A DNA stretch of 53,102 bases from a virus (IMGVR_UViG_3300044837_000127:1-53102); one strand, 5' to 3'; shown: positions 19,155 through 28,350, counted from the first letter of the stretch. The notes: generated from the sequence alone by a model not told the origin. Made by a program: numbers and translations.

Positions 19155-19958
19155 ATGCGCAAATTACTCGTATTGCTGGCCGTGCTGCTATTGCCGGTCA
19201 CCGTCTATTCCCAACCGACCGTCACGCTGCCTGCCGCAAAGACCGTCACCGGCCAAGCGGTACAGGCGATGCCGACCATTTCGCTGGATGCGTCCGGCGC
19301 TTACGCTTCTTCCGGTTATACCGGTCCCGTCGCCGCGCAGCTCCCGGCGTCCCTGGGCTCCCAGACCGGCGCCAACAGCCTGTCGGTTACCCCGGCGAGC
19401 AACGCGACCTTTACCGTGGGGCTTCCGTCCGGCGCGTCCACCAGTGCGCTCCAGACCACCGGCAATACCGCGCTGACGACCATCAATACTACCCTTGGCT
19501 CGCCTTTCCAGGCGGGCGGCTCGATTACCAATATCAGCGGCACCGTCAGTTTGCCGACCGGCGCGGCCACCAGCGCCAACCAGACCGCGCTCTCCGCCCA
19601 GATACCGGCCAGCCTGGGGGTAAAGACAAGCGCAGCAAGCCTGTCCGTTGTCCCCGCGAGCGATGCGGCATTTACCGTCACACCGGCCGGCTATAGCTAC
19701 GCCCATCTATCGACGGCCACCACCACGACGATCAAGAGCGGCGCGGGCGTGCTGCATACCCTGTCGGTCAATAACCTCGGCACGGTCGCCTCCGTCACTA
19801 CGGTCTATGACAATACGGCGGCTTCCGGCAGCGTCATCGCGGTCATCAACACGCTGGCCGGACAGGAGTCATACATTTACGATGTGGCTTTTAGCACGGG
19901 GCTGACCATCGTTACCACCGGGACCGTTGCGCCCGATATCACTATCTCCTACCGCTAG
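19155..19958 (+). CDS. Signal-peptide-bearing Thr/Ser-rich protein
   Basis: MRKLLVLLAVLLLP signal; LPSGASTSALQ / LPTGAATSANQ and PASLG repeats. Confidence 0.65.
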   Translation: MRKLLVLLAVLLLPVTVYSQPTVTLPAAKTVTGQAVQAMPTISLDASGAYASSGYTGPVAAQLPASLGSQTGANSLSVTPASNATFTVGLPSGASTSALQTTGNTALTTINTTLGSPFQAGGSITNISGTVSLPTGAATSANQTALSAQIPASLGVKTSAASLSVVPASDAAFTVTPAGYSYAHLSTATTTTIKSGAGVLHTLSVNNLGTVASVTTVYDNTAASGSVIAVINTLAGQESYIYDVAFSTGLTIVTTGTVAPDITISYR

Positions 19959-20326
19959 GCGCTCTGCCCGGCAACCGGCAAGCGCCGCCGGTCCATGTAA
20001 AGCGTGCCGCTGTCGAATAGCCGCGCCACGTACTCCGCGACCGGTGGACGGCCGGCCGCCTTGTCGGCATCGTTGAGCATCCGGGCGATCCGGGTCAGCT
20101 CGCTACGGGCTTGACCGCAGATCGGTTGAGTCCCCCCGTGCCCACCGCCTCGCGTGGCGAACATCGCTTTGACCAGTGGTGCGAGGATTTTACCCTCAGC
20201 CGCCATGCGATTATTGAAATCCACCTGACATTTGCGCCGGCAGAACCGGCGGCCATAACGAACCTCATAAGATTGGCCGCACTGGGGGCACAGGGCGGTT
20301 TCCGGGGGTTTTGGGGTACCTGACAT
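19955..20326 (-). CDS. Zn-finger hypothetical protein
   Basis: CPQC...FCRRKC. Confidence 0.6.
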   Translation of the reverse strand: MSGTPKPPETALCPQCGQSYEVRYGRRFCRRKCQVDFNNRMAAEGKILAPLVKAMFATRGGGHGGTQPICGQARSELTRIARMLNDADKAAGRPPVAEYVARLFDSGTLYMDRRRLPVAGQSA

Positions 20327-20371
20327 GCCAGCGACTCGCTTTGTTAAGTGCAAGTCACTTGTAGCGAGCGG

Positions 20372-20385
20372 TGACGGAGCGGTCA
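20372..20385. promoter_or_regulatory. TGAC-N6-GTCA palindrome
   Basis: TGACGGAGCGGTCA; leftward TTGACC-N17-TACAAG. Confidence 0.7.
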
Positions 20386-20970
20386 ATCCTTTATCGGTTT
20401 CCATTCGGCGCACGTTCTACCGGAGCGAATCGGGTAGGGGCCAATATACGGTTGGGGGGGAATTCCGGCGTTTGCGCTCTTCCCACGGGCCAGCGGGTGC
20501 AAAGGCATCCCATCGTCCGTGGTGCCCAGACATAGTAAGGGGGACGAATTGTACCGGGTGAAAGCGCCCAGCATCCGCCGGCAATGCTCCGGGTGGCGGC
20601 GCATAGGTTCCGCTCCGAAAGCGACCACCAGCCGATCGGCCGCCCCTCCGATCAGCTCCAAGGCCCGTTCATTCGCCAGAATCATGTCTTCGGTGATGCG
20701 ACCCGCTGCCAACGCCGTCCAAAGGTCGCGTGGATACGGGGTGCGCCAGCTCCACATATTACCCAGCAGAGACATGCCACCCCCGTGGTCATCGCTGGTG
20801 GTCACGGTCCGTCCGCATGTAGGGTCATCTATCAGATGGCTGGCCACGGACGGATTGGTCATCAGCCATGCGAAGACGAGCCGCGAGCCGTCCCAGCAGC
20901 GATAGAGCATCGGCCGGCACTGGGGGATGCCGTCGGCATTGAAATTGGTCAGACTGGCGCCCCGGAGCAT
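20383..20970 (-). CDS. DUF1643-family protein
   Basis: MTNPS.A...DDPT, RTPYPRDL, LCLGTT.DG.PLHPL. Confidence 0.8.
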   Translation of the reverse strand: MLRGASLTNFNADGIPQCRPMLYRCWDGSRLVFAWLMTNPSVASHLIDDPTCGRTVTTSDDHGGGMSLLGNMWSWRTPYPRDLWTALAAGRITEDMILANERALELIGGAADRLVVAFGAEPMRRHPEHCRRMLGAFTRYNSSPLLCLGTTDDGMPLHPLARGKSANAGIPPQPYIGPYPIRSGRTCAEWKPIKD

Positions 20971-23231
20971 CAGACCTTCCTATAGACTCGGCCTCGCCAG
21001 CCGCCTTCGGCCCGGATGGGCCAATCGTGCGCAAAGGGCGGCGGGGTCGACAAGATCCCTTCCACATGCCCCACCGTCCCAAAGCCGTGCGGAACCTCCA
21101 GGACCACTTCGTCATAAACCTCCATGACCGGGACCGGATAGCCGGCGGCAATCAGCGCTTTGATGCCGTGGCGCTGGATTTCCACTTCATGACCCATAAC
21201 CACGTTTTCCGTCAGCGAGCCCCCATAGGTGGACAGCCGTTGCCAGCCGGGCGCCCCGCGCTTGGGGTTGCTGTTATATCCGGAATAGCTGATGGCCAAT
21301 TCGTCCATATTACGATCGGACTGGGCGAGCCGCGGGTGCCAATAAGTCAGCGAGCGAAGCCCGCTTAACAGACCGATCGTCAGCTTGTCCGTGGTCGCAT
21401 CATAGAGAAACGGCATTCCCCGGAACGTATAGACCACGCCGGGCGACTGGAGCGCGGCGATAAAATAGCCTTCCATGCCATAGAGTTCCGCCCGTTCGCG
21501 CCGCCAGGGCGGGCCGCGCCACTGGCCACCCCAGAACTCAACGATGGCGGGATTGGCCGCACGCCACGCGAGAATCTGGGTTCGGATTACATCGTCGGGC
21601 TCTTCGGATCCGAAAGCGCGGTAACTGGGAATCCAGCCTTGGAATCCGCAATTATGAACCAGCAGATGGCCGGTGGCCGTCTGGATCGTAAATCGGTTCC
21701 GCGGCCCCGCATGTGCAATGTCGTAAACGGGCTCGCAAGGCGTCCAGCTCGCGCTGCATCGCTTGGATAGATCGTTTGTTGCCAGTATTCGCTCGGCGCG
21801 TAACAAAGCGGAGATTGCCCGGCTCATAGTTACCATCCGTTTCGATACGATCAAGCTCCAGCGCCGGTTGATCCCAGCCGTCCAGAGTGACAAGGTAGGC
21901 CAGAAATTCGCGACGTCCGTCCGTACCATTAGTCCAGGGCTCATGGACGCGAATTCCGCGTTTTCCATAGTTGGGGTGGCCCTCTGGTCGACACCGAGTA
22001 AGGCAGGCTGAAATTCGGTTAAGAAGGCGGCGTCGGTGCCCATCATCCGGCACGATGACGGCGTATTTCCAAAACATTTTTTGGTATGCGCCAGCCGCTT
22101 TTCGGGCGCATACCCCGCAGCGAGTGCTAGCCCCCTTGCGAAGATTAGAAGCCGCAACATAGTACGGTTTCGAATCGCACCCACCGCACGTAACCAAAAT
22201 CGAGCTAACGGCCCCCCACTTGCCGTATCCAACCACGGTAAGCTGGCCGAACCTGTCGCCAATGCTTGGCGGAGCATGGTGCGGTTGGAAACGAGTCGGC
22301 TTGCCGGCTTCCAAAAACCGTTCAAGAATATCAGATGATTCGGGGTCATCCCGACGCCATCCAGGCGGACGGTCTCCGCGATACCCTTTGCGACTACCCC
22401 CGCATGGCAAACCCATTCCACCCCATCCCAAAGTAAATCGGTTAGACGAACAGCCACAATATCCACGTATCCGCGGGCCGTCAACACTTGGGTTTGACGG
22501 TTGAAACAAGCAAGCTCGGAAACCTTGCCGATCTTTTGGCGGTCCGGGTGGTGCTGGCGGTACGCTGGGTCCGGGTGCGATTGCTCCCAATACCGGAGGT
22601 ACTCCGAAACCGGCACCCCCGTAATCTTACTCGCCCCCAGCAAGTAAATCGGCTTGCCAGCACGGAAGGCATCGATACGCCATTGCTCGCCCGCGAGACA
22701 GGCCAGCACCACGGCTTGCAAGCTGCTGTAATCGGTAGCGATGAAATCGTAACCATCCGCGGCGATGAACAGTGACCGGATGCAGCCGGATATGGCCAGC
22801 AGGGCGTCCCCGAAGAACCGTTCCACCATGCCCAGATCCCGCGTGGCCATAATCTCCAGCACGAAGGGGACCATTTCCACGGTCCATTCCCGGCGCCGAT
22901 CGGCCGCGCCCAGGTTTCCGCACCATGGGCAGAACGGCGCGAGCTTATGGGGGCGGAGGCATTTTTCGCACCAGACCAGCCTGGGGCCGGCCTTCGGGAG
23001 ATTTAGCGGTTGAACCGCCCCGCCCGTAGGGCGCCCTGGCTGCGTTCCGTGATGGATGATAAGGTCGCGAAGGCGGTTGTCGCGGCACGCCTGGTTATCC
23101 ATCGCGTAGAGTTTTTTAACGCTTGCGGAGGCGGTTAGCTGACGGAGCTCCAGTACCCGCCGCACGTCCGCCGGCAAGTCGAGTCGCTCCAGAGCCGCGC
23201 TTACCGTTTCGCTGTCCAGAGAGGCTATCAT
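20970..23231 (-). CDS. Family A DNA polymerase, C-terminal polymerase part, intein-containing
   Basis: QPLNLPK, motif A DYSSLQAVVLA, motif B RQKIGKVSELA|CGFQG split by the intein, YGGSLTEN, motif C VYDEVV. Confidence 0.9.
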   Translation of the reverse strand: MIASLDSETVSAALERLDLPADVRRVLELRQLTASASVKKLYAMDNQACRDNRLRDLIIHHGTQPGRPTGGAVQPLNLPKAGPRLVWCEKCLRPHKLAPFCPWCGNLGAADRRREWTVEMVPFVLEIMATRDLGMVERFFGDALLAISGCIRSLFIAADGYDFIATDYSSLQAVVLACLAGEQWRIDAFRAGKPIYLLGASKITGVPVSEYLRYWEQSHPDPAYRQHHPDRQKIGKVSELACFNRQTQVLTARGYVDIVAVRLTDLLWDGVEWVCHAGVVAKGIAETVRLDGVGMTPNHLIFLNGFWKPASRLVSNRTMLRQALATGSASLPWLDTASGGPLARFWLRAVGAIRNRTMLRLLIFARGLALAAGYAPEKRLAHTKKCFGNTPSSCRMMGTDAAFLTEFQPALLGVDQRATPTMENAEFASMSPGLMVRTDVANFWPTLSLWTAGINRRWSLIVSKRMVTMSRAISALLRAERILATNDLSKRCSASWTPCEPVYDIAHAGPRNRFTIQTATGHLLVHNCGFQGWIPSYRAFGSEEPDDVIRTQILAWRAANPAIVEFWGGQWRGPPWRRERAELYGMEGYFIAALQSPGVVYTFRGMPFLYDATTDKLTIGLLSGLRSLTYWHPRLAQSDRNMDELAISYSGYNSNPKRGAPGWQRLSTYGGSLTENVVMGHEVEIQRHGIKALIAAGYPVPVMEVYDEVVLEVPHGFGTVGHVEGILSTPPPFAHDWPIRAEGGWRGRVYRKV
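21651..22508 (-). mobile_element. Intein (286 aa) in polymerase motif B
   Basis: Starts CFNRQTQVLT, block B MTPNH, block F VYDI, ends LVHN followed by Cys+1. Confidence 0.9.
21652..22416 (-). CDS. HNH-type homing endonuclease nested out of frame inside the intein (start uncertain: ATG 22416 or TTG 22314)
   Basis: GDRFGQLTV, C..C, NLRKG.STRCG.C, RC...HPNYGKRGIRV..W, LDRIETDGNYEPGNLRFVT...N..NKR. Confidence 0.85.
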   Translation of the reverse strand: MGLPCGGSRKGYRGDRPPGWRRDDPESSDILERFLEAGKPTRFQPHHAPPSIGDRFGQLTVVGYGKWGAVSSILVTCGGCDSKPYYVAASNLRKGASTRCGVCARKAAGAYQKMFWKYAVIVPDDGHRRRLLNRISACLTRCRPEGHPNYGKRGIRVHEPWTNGTDGRREFLAYLVTLDGWDQPALELDRIETDGNYEPGNLRFVTRRANTGNKRSIQAMQRELDALRARLRHCTCGAAEPIYDPDGHRPSAGS

Positions 23232-23884
23232 GCCTTTTTCGCTCGGTTGGTGGCCTGTAGTGTCTCCCGGCGCCGCGCGATGTAGTCGGCATAGCGGTCT
23301 GGATCGGCACGCAAGTCCACCCAGAATTGCTTAATCCCACGGCTGGCGGCTTCGGCCCTTTGTCGGACGTCTCCCTTGGCGCGCGCGGCCAACATTCGTT
23401 CTTGCTGGAGCGCTTTGAACGCCGGGTCTTCGGCGCATCGTCTTTTCAGAGTGGCGGAAATAGTGTCGAAAATTTGCCGCTTGCGCTTCGGGCTTCGGGA
23501 CGCCCAGACCCCCCGCGTGACTTCCGAAGACCGAAGACTATAGGCGGCATAAAATGTCGGGTCGGTACTAAGCCGGTGCCGTAAAGCGATGGGGCCGGTC
23601 AATGCGTCATAGTCTCCGCCCGGCGAAATGTTGTATCCGTCCGACCGGTCCGCGCTATTGAGCATGGCGATCAACGATATCTCTGCGGCTTTTGCGGCAA
23701 CAAGGTCTGGATGAGAAGAAACAATTTCCATCGTGAAGGCGTCCCGTCCGTATTTCTTCATGGCTCGATAAAGCGGATGAGCCTTTTTGCACTTTCGATG
23801 TTGACGCCAGCGTTCTTTGGGATTGTTGGTGATCCCCACGTACGCTTTGCCTGTTGGTCCCAGGATGACATAGAGATAGGTCAT
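23228..23884 (-). CDS. Free-standing GIY-YIG homing endonuclease splitting the polymerase
   Basis: YLYVI...AYVGIT....RWRQH...LYRAMKKYG..F...E....GYNISPGG. Confidence 0.85.
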   Translation of the reverse strand: MTYLYVILGPTGKAYVGITNNPKERWRQHRKCKKAHPLYRAMKKYGRDAFTMEIVSSHPDLVAAKAAEISLIAMLNSADRSDGYNISPGGDYDALTGPIALRHRLSTDPTFYAAYSLRSSEVTRGVWASRSPKRKRQIFDTISATLKRRCAEDPAFKALQQERMLAARAKGDVRQRAEAASRGIKQFWVDLRADPDRYADYIARRRETLQATNRAKKA

Positions 23885-23919
23885 TCAGATAGATTAAGCG
23901 GCTAAAGTTTCCACGTCAA

Positions 23920-24828
23920 CTAAAATGGGATATCGTCCGCTAAATCTTCATCATATTGCTGACTGAAGCCGTAACCGCCGGCACCGTTGGAGCGAAACGT
24001 CGGACCGTGCATCCTGCCCTGAATCCACCCCACAAGCGCTTGCACTTGGGACGGGCCGATACCGCCGGTTATCTCGCGGCATTCGGCGCCGTAGCGCTCC
24101 AGCACCGCCTCCAGCACCGCCCGGCAATCCAGCACCGCCGGCCGGTCAATGCCGATGCCTCGCCAATTCATTTCCTGATTGATCTGCCAGATTTCCAGCT
24201 CGCTGGGTGACATGGGCGGCATGGCGGAGCTGGCCGCTTGCTCCGTTTGCACGTCCCGATCGCAATAGAGGCATAGCCGTTCAAAATCTTCGGGGTCATC
24301 CTCCGGCCGGATCCGGCGCCGGCTATCGGCCTTGGTAGGGTTGCGGGGCACGCTGAATTTATCCAGCAGCCGCTTACCTTCCTTATCCTTCCGGGTTTCC
24401 AGCCGCAGCACGTCGCCCAGCGCGTCCAGCTTGCCGGGGAGGCTGTTGACGCGAGCCGTGGCCATGCTGCAGCGCTGGACTCCGGGAGGGAGCGGCGGCC
24501 ATCCGTACCGGGGAACGCAAACGTTCGCCCAGATCAGCCGTTCGAACATGGCGTTATGCGATTCGAGCTCCGCCCCTGGGCGCGTGACGTGGATGAACAA
24601 ATCTTCGGGCGGTGGCAGATGGGGACCAAGGCGCCGGATGCCTTTGCCGTCCAGCAGATCATAAGAGCCGGTCAGCACTTCGGTGGTTGGATGCTCGCTA
24701 TATGCGGGGGCCCCGACCGACTCCAGACCCTTTTTCCGGGCACCCTCCGGCATCCGCCATTTCTGGGTTGTTTCGTCCCATATATGGCCGGCTTCCGAAT
24801 AGGTTTCAAAGTCCAGGGCTGGGCGCAT
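23920..24828 (-). CDS. DNA polymerase A N-terminal 3'-5' exonuclease part
   Basis: ExoI DFETYS, ExoII HNAMFER, ExoIII YCDRDV, MNWRGIGID; ends DDIPF. Confidence 0.85.
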   Translation of the reverse strand: MRPALDFETYSEAGHIWDETTQKWRMPEGARKKGLESVGAPAYSEHPTTEVLTGSYDLLDGKGIRRLGPHLPPPEDLFIHVTRPGAELESHNAMFERLIWANVCVPRYGWPPLPPGVQRCSMATARVNSLPGKLDALGDVLRLETRKDKEGKRLLDKFSVPRNPTKADSRRRIRPEDDPEDFERLCLYCDRDVQTEQAASSAMPPMSPSELEIWQINQEMNWRGIGIDRPAVLDCRAVLEAVLERYGAECREITGGIGPSQVQALVGWIQGRMHGPTFRSNGAGGYGFSQQYDEDLADDIPF

Positions 24829-24831
24829 TGG

Positions 24832-25209
24832 TCACGCGGTGCCGGGGAGCGGCGAATCAGACGGCCGCGAATCATATTTGGCACGAATGCGGGCAATCAT
24901 GGCCGGGGTGTCGACGCGGCCCAATTCGATATAAGCGCAATCCGCCATGTCCATCTGACGCGCCAAGCAAAGCGCCGCCAGCGTAACCATTACCCCGCCA
25001 GCCTCCGATTCAGGGATACCCTTGGGGCGTCCAAAAACATAATCAACCAGACGGTGCGCGTCTTCGGCGGTCATATCGCACGCTTGGACTAGCTCCAGCG
25101 CTTCCTCCAGAAACCGGTTATTCCGTTCGGCTGGATCCATCCCGAAGCCAGCGGGAAAGCTCCGGCGCATCCAGTGGAGTACCGCTGTCTGAAACGCCGA
25201 CATGGCCAT
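24832..25209 (-). CDS. MazG-like nucleotide pyrophosphohydrolase
   Basis: ERNNRFLEEALELVQ...E.GGVMVTL. Confidence 0.65.
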   Translation of the reverse strand: MAMSAFQTAVLHWMRRSFPAGFGMDPAERNNRFLEEALELVQACDMTAEDAHRLVDYVFGRPKGIPESEAGGVMVTLAALCLARQMDMADCAYIELGRVDTPAMIARIRAKYDSRPSDSPLPGTA

Positions 25210-25724
25210 CAGTCGCACCCCGGCCCGACGCTCGCGCTGTCCCCAGAGGCACCGAAGGCGGTAAAATCCTTCCAGTGACGCCAGCCGTTGGGACAATGGA
25301 ATCCCCATTCACGGACCGTGGGACCGGTGGCGAAGAGCGAAATACACCGGCCACCTTCGGGAATCTCCAGGCGGTGCGCATCGGTCGCTTCCCGCGTGAC
25401 AATATCGCCCGGAGCGCGCCAGACCCGCCGGAACGGTCCGTCCGCCCCCGTGCCGTCCGGCTCCGGCATGATTTCCCAATAGCCCCCTTCCAGCACGAAG
25501 TTGGTATTGGGCCACGGATGATCGTGAAGCGCCCGGTCATCGTCGCTTCGTTGGGTCAGGTGGAGATAGAGATTCATCGAATCGTTGCGGGGAATGATCC
25601 ACCAGCGACGGATATAATCAGGCTCCCCTGGCCCGATAATGAAATCCGGCTTGGGGCGCACGATCATAGTGGCGCGAGCCCAAGCCACCATTTCCTCCAG
25701 GGTAGCCGTAAACTGTCCGCTCAT
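25209..25724 (-). CDS. Cupin-like hypothetical protein
   Basis: YLH..RSDDDRALHDHPW...L.GGYWE...HRLE. Confidence 0.65.
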   Translation of the reverse strand: MSGQFTATLEEMVAWARATMIVRPKPDFIIGPGEPDYIRRWWIIPRNDSMNLYLHLTQRSDDDRALHDHPWPNTNFVLEGGYWEIMPEPDGTGADGPFRRVWRAPGDIVTREATDAHRLEIPEGGRCISLFATGPTVREWGFHCPNGWRHWKDFTAFGASGDSASVGPGCD

Positions 25725-25894
25725 TCCTTCGTCTCCCCAACGTGGTCGGGACATAAATGCGTCCCGCCGCTGCAATGCCATCCCATCCGGTTCAACCCAT
25801 GAGCGGCCATAATCTCTTCGATTGGCGGGGCCGGGCGGTCACAAACGTTGCAATGGATCCGGGGGTTATCCCCGGCATCGTCACGCTTGATCAT
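25721..25894 (-). CDS. Small Zn-finger protein (57 aa, not in ORF track)
   Basis: Manual translation with CNVC...GW...HLCPDH; stop overlaps the next ATG. Confidence 0.55.
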   Translation of the reverse strand: MIKRDDAGDNPRIHCNVCDRPAPPIEEIMAAHGLNRMGWHCSGGTHLCPDHVGETKE

Positions 25895-25915
25895 CGCCCG
25901 GCCCCTTCCGATCGG

Positions 25916-26890
25916 TCAGGCGGCCGGCGCCTGCATCATACCGTTGGCGATAAGCTGGGCGTCCGTCCAGCCCTTGGCAATGAAGGCTTCATAGGTGGTG
26001 CCTTTGGCCGCCGGGAGCATGACCGGGCCGGCCGCCTTCTCGGTGATCGGATAGGACGGCGCGGGCGGTGGTGATGGGGCGGCCGGAGCTGCCGGGTAGC
26101 GGGCCGCCAGATCGGCATCGGTCAGCACGTCCTGGCCCTTGTAATGATAGCCTGGGGACGTCGGGTGCTTGATCCAGCCATCGGCCACCGCAGCCGCGAG
26201 CGGGTCATGGGCCGCAGCAGGCGCCGCGGGAGCGGCCGGAGCCGGCGGAGGCGGGGGTGTCGGGGTGGGAGCGGGCGGAGCCGCCGCAGCGCCAGCCGCA
26301 CCCGTGCCGAAGGCTTGTTCGGCCGTCGGGCCCATGACGATGCGCTCGCCCTCGCGGTCCATCGCGACCATATTGAGGTTCATGTACATGCCGGGCGACT
26401 GGGCGGACTGGTTGGACTGGCACGTGCCGCTGATCATGACATAATCGCCCAGCTTGACCTTGCCCGGCGCCGTCTGCATCCAGCCGGCGGGCCCGCGTTC
26501 GAAGACGGTCGGGGCGAATTGGCTGGCGCACTTGACGATCCAGCAGCCGGCCCAGCCTTCGCGGGTCGCATAGGACTGGCCCTTGCTGTCCGCGCCATCC
26601 CCGTCCGTGATCTTGTCCGCGAACGTGGGGTTGGTGCAATTGCCGTTGGCATCGTGGAATTGCGGCCACGCGGCGCGTTGCTCCACCATCAGCGCTTCCC
26701 GGAACGCCGGCCACAGCGGGTCATTCTTCGGCACGGCCACGGCGGCGAAAAACTGGGTTTCGGCCTGCCCGGCATTGGCATGACCGACCGGATAGATTTT
26801 CGGCTTGCCGGTTGCATCCTTGCGGGGCTGGGCGATGTAGGGGTCGCCCTGGACCATGCGGCCAACGGGGGTGGTGAAATTCACGCTCAT
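25916..26890 (-). CDS. Phage ssDNA-binding protein-like with Pro/Ala-rich tail
   Basis: TPVGRMVQG, KITDGD, G.AGCWI, PGMYMN; sits between exonuclease and polymerase genes. Confidence 0.65.
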   Translation of the reverse strand: MSVNFTTPVGRMVQGDPYIAQPRKDATGKPKIYPVGHANAGQAETQFFAAVAVPKNDPLWPAFREALMVEQRAAWPQFHDANGNCTNPTFADKITDGDGADSKGQSYATREGWAGCWIVKCASQFAPTVFERGPAGWMQTAPGKVKLGDYVMISGTCQSNQSAQSPGMYMNLNMVAMDREGERIVMGPTAEQAFGTGAAGAAAAPPAPTPTPPPPPAPAAPAAPAAAHDPLAAAVADGWIKHPTSPGYHYKGQDVLTDADLAARYPAAPAAPSPPPAPSYPITEKAAGPVMLPAAKGTTYEAFIAKGWTDAQLIANGMMQAPAA

Positions 26891-27051
26891 TTTGGTTGCT
26901 CCTGGTTAAATATATGTGTCCGTCCATCGGGCCTTTTCGATTTTCTCCGCTTGCTCCAAAATCGGGCCGTAGAATTCGTCCCCGTGGGCTTGCGTACCCT
27001 CTTCGCAAAGACGGCGAATCTCTTTCAAAGCGTTACGGATCTCTTCATGCA

Positions 27052-28215
27052 TTACAAACCGCTCCCGAATGCCTTGGCCGCGGTCGAATCGTCCAGTGGG
27101 ACGAGCTTCAGCGACCCCAATGGAGTATCGGCATATTGGTCAATGACGGCTTGGTCAATACCCGCCTTTATCGCTTGCTTCGGGGTGATCGCATCATCCT
27201 TACGCAGATCCACCCCGAAGAGCCGCCCCATGGCCACCACGTCCGGGATGGGTTGTTTCCAGACGGTCCGCGGTTGGGTGCGCCCCATCGTCCAGTGCGG
27301 GACGGACTGCCCCTTGCGCACCAGTCCAACGGCATGTTCCTCCAGGGCGTCCAACCGCGCCTTCATGCGTTTGGCCGCCGCGGTCAGAATGGCGAGCTCC
27401 AGCCCGACGGCCGGCGCGGGCATGTCGATCGGGCCTTGCGCATAGGAGAAATCCACCGCGGACATGGCCGCCCGCTGCAGCGCCGGGCACGCATGGGCCG
27501 CGAGACAATCCCGGCAATGATCCCCGGTCTTCAGCGGCGGTTCCGGTTGGCTGGCATGGATGGCCGCAACCCTCAGCGACTCGCGATGGATTCCCAGCGC
27601 GCGGCCGTTTATAAACCACTCGCGCATCGGGCCTTCCGGCGCATAATTGCGCGGCTGGGCCACGGTCAGCGTGATTTGCCAATCTGCATAATCTTCGATC
27701 CCATGGGTTTCGAAGACCCCGACCGCATAGGCCAGTATTTGCCAATTCATATAGGCCCGCACGTAGCGGTGCCCATATTTGTAATCCCAGACGTGAAGCC
27801 GCTTGTTGGCCCAGTCGATAATATAGATATCGGGCGTTCCCCAGCAATCGCCATGGATGGCATGGGCCATGGTCACGCGGGATTCGATGTGCGCGTCATC
27901 GGGCGGCAATCCGGCCGCGCTAAGGGTGTCCCGCACGTCCACCAACAAATCGGCGGCGCACTGGATCATTTCCAGATCCACCGGGAAGCCGTTGGGGGCC
28001 AGCGTGCCGATCGCCGGCTGGCGGTCCTGGAGCGTTTCCGTCAGATACCAGTGCGCCGCGGTGCCTTGGCGGGCCGCTTCGCTGTCTTCATCCTCCGGAT
28101 AATGATCTTCCATCGCCGCGGAACCGGCGCAACCATGCGGGCCCCAGCGGAAGGCGCGGGACGGCGCAAGGCGAGCGTGCTGGCTGTCAATGCCCATGGG
28201 GACGACTCGCTTCAT
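27052..28215 (-). CDS. Cas4-like PD-(D/E)XK exonuclease (DUF2800-like)
   Basis: HARLAPS, GTAAH, WGTPD...DYKYG, QILAYA, GDHCRDC...C. Confidence 0.85.
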   Translation of the reverse strand: MKRVVPMGIDSQHARLAPSRAFRWGPHGCAGSAAMEDHYPEDEDSEAARQGTAAHWYLTETLQDRQPAIGTLAPNGFPVDLEMIQCAADLLVDVRDTLSAAGLPPDDAHIESRVTMAHAIHGDCWGTPDIYIIDWANKRLHVWDYKYGHRYVRAYMNWQILAYAVGVFETHGIEDYADWQITLTVAQPRNYAPEGPMREWFINGRALGIHRESLRVAAIHASQPEPPLKTGDHCRDCLAAHACPALQRAAMSAVDFSYAQGPIDMPAPAVGLELAILTAAAKRMKARLDALEEHAVGLVRKGQSVPHWTMGRTQPRTVWKQPIPDVVAMGRLFGVDLRKDDAITPKQAIKAGIDQAVIDQYADTPLGSLKLVPLDDSTAAKAFGSGL

Positions 28216-28350
28216 AGCCCGGCCGTTGACGCTGGAAACGTAACGGCGGGGGCGGTGCTGGGGGAACCGGCGCGATGCCTTTGGGGTCGCAATAACCCCG
28301 GCACCCGTCGACCGATGAACAGCCGAAACGGCAGATGGTTAAGTCAGCCA

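Noticed and set aside
14774-19958. Diversity-generating retroelement acting on fibre genes
   Set aside because: No reverse transcriptase and no TR/VR pair with adenine-specific mismatches seen.
23232-23919. Group I intron around the GIY-YIG gene
   Set aside because: Only 35 nt of non-coding space, an ATGA-coupled restart downstream, and no ribozyme core visible.
27052-28215. CRISPR-Cas system suggested by the Cas4-like gene
   Set aside because: No repeat-spacer array or other cas genes; this is a common stand-alone phage exonuclease.
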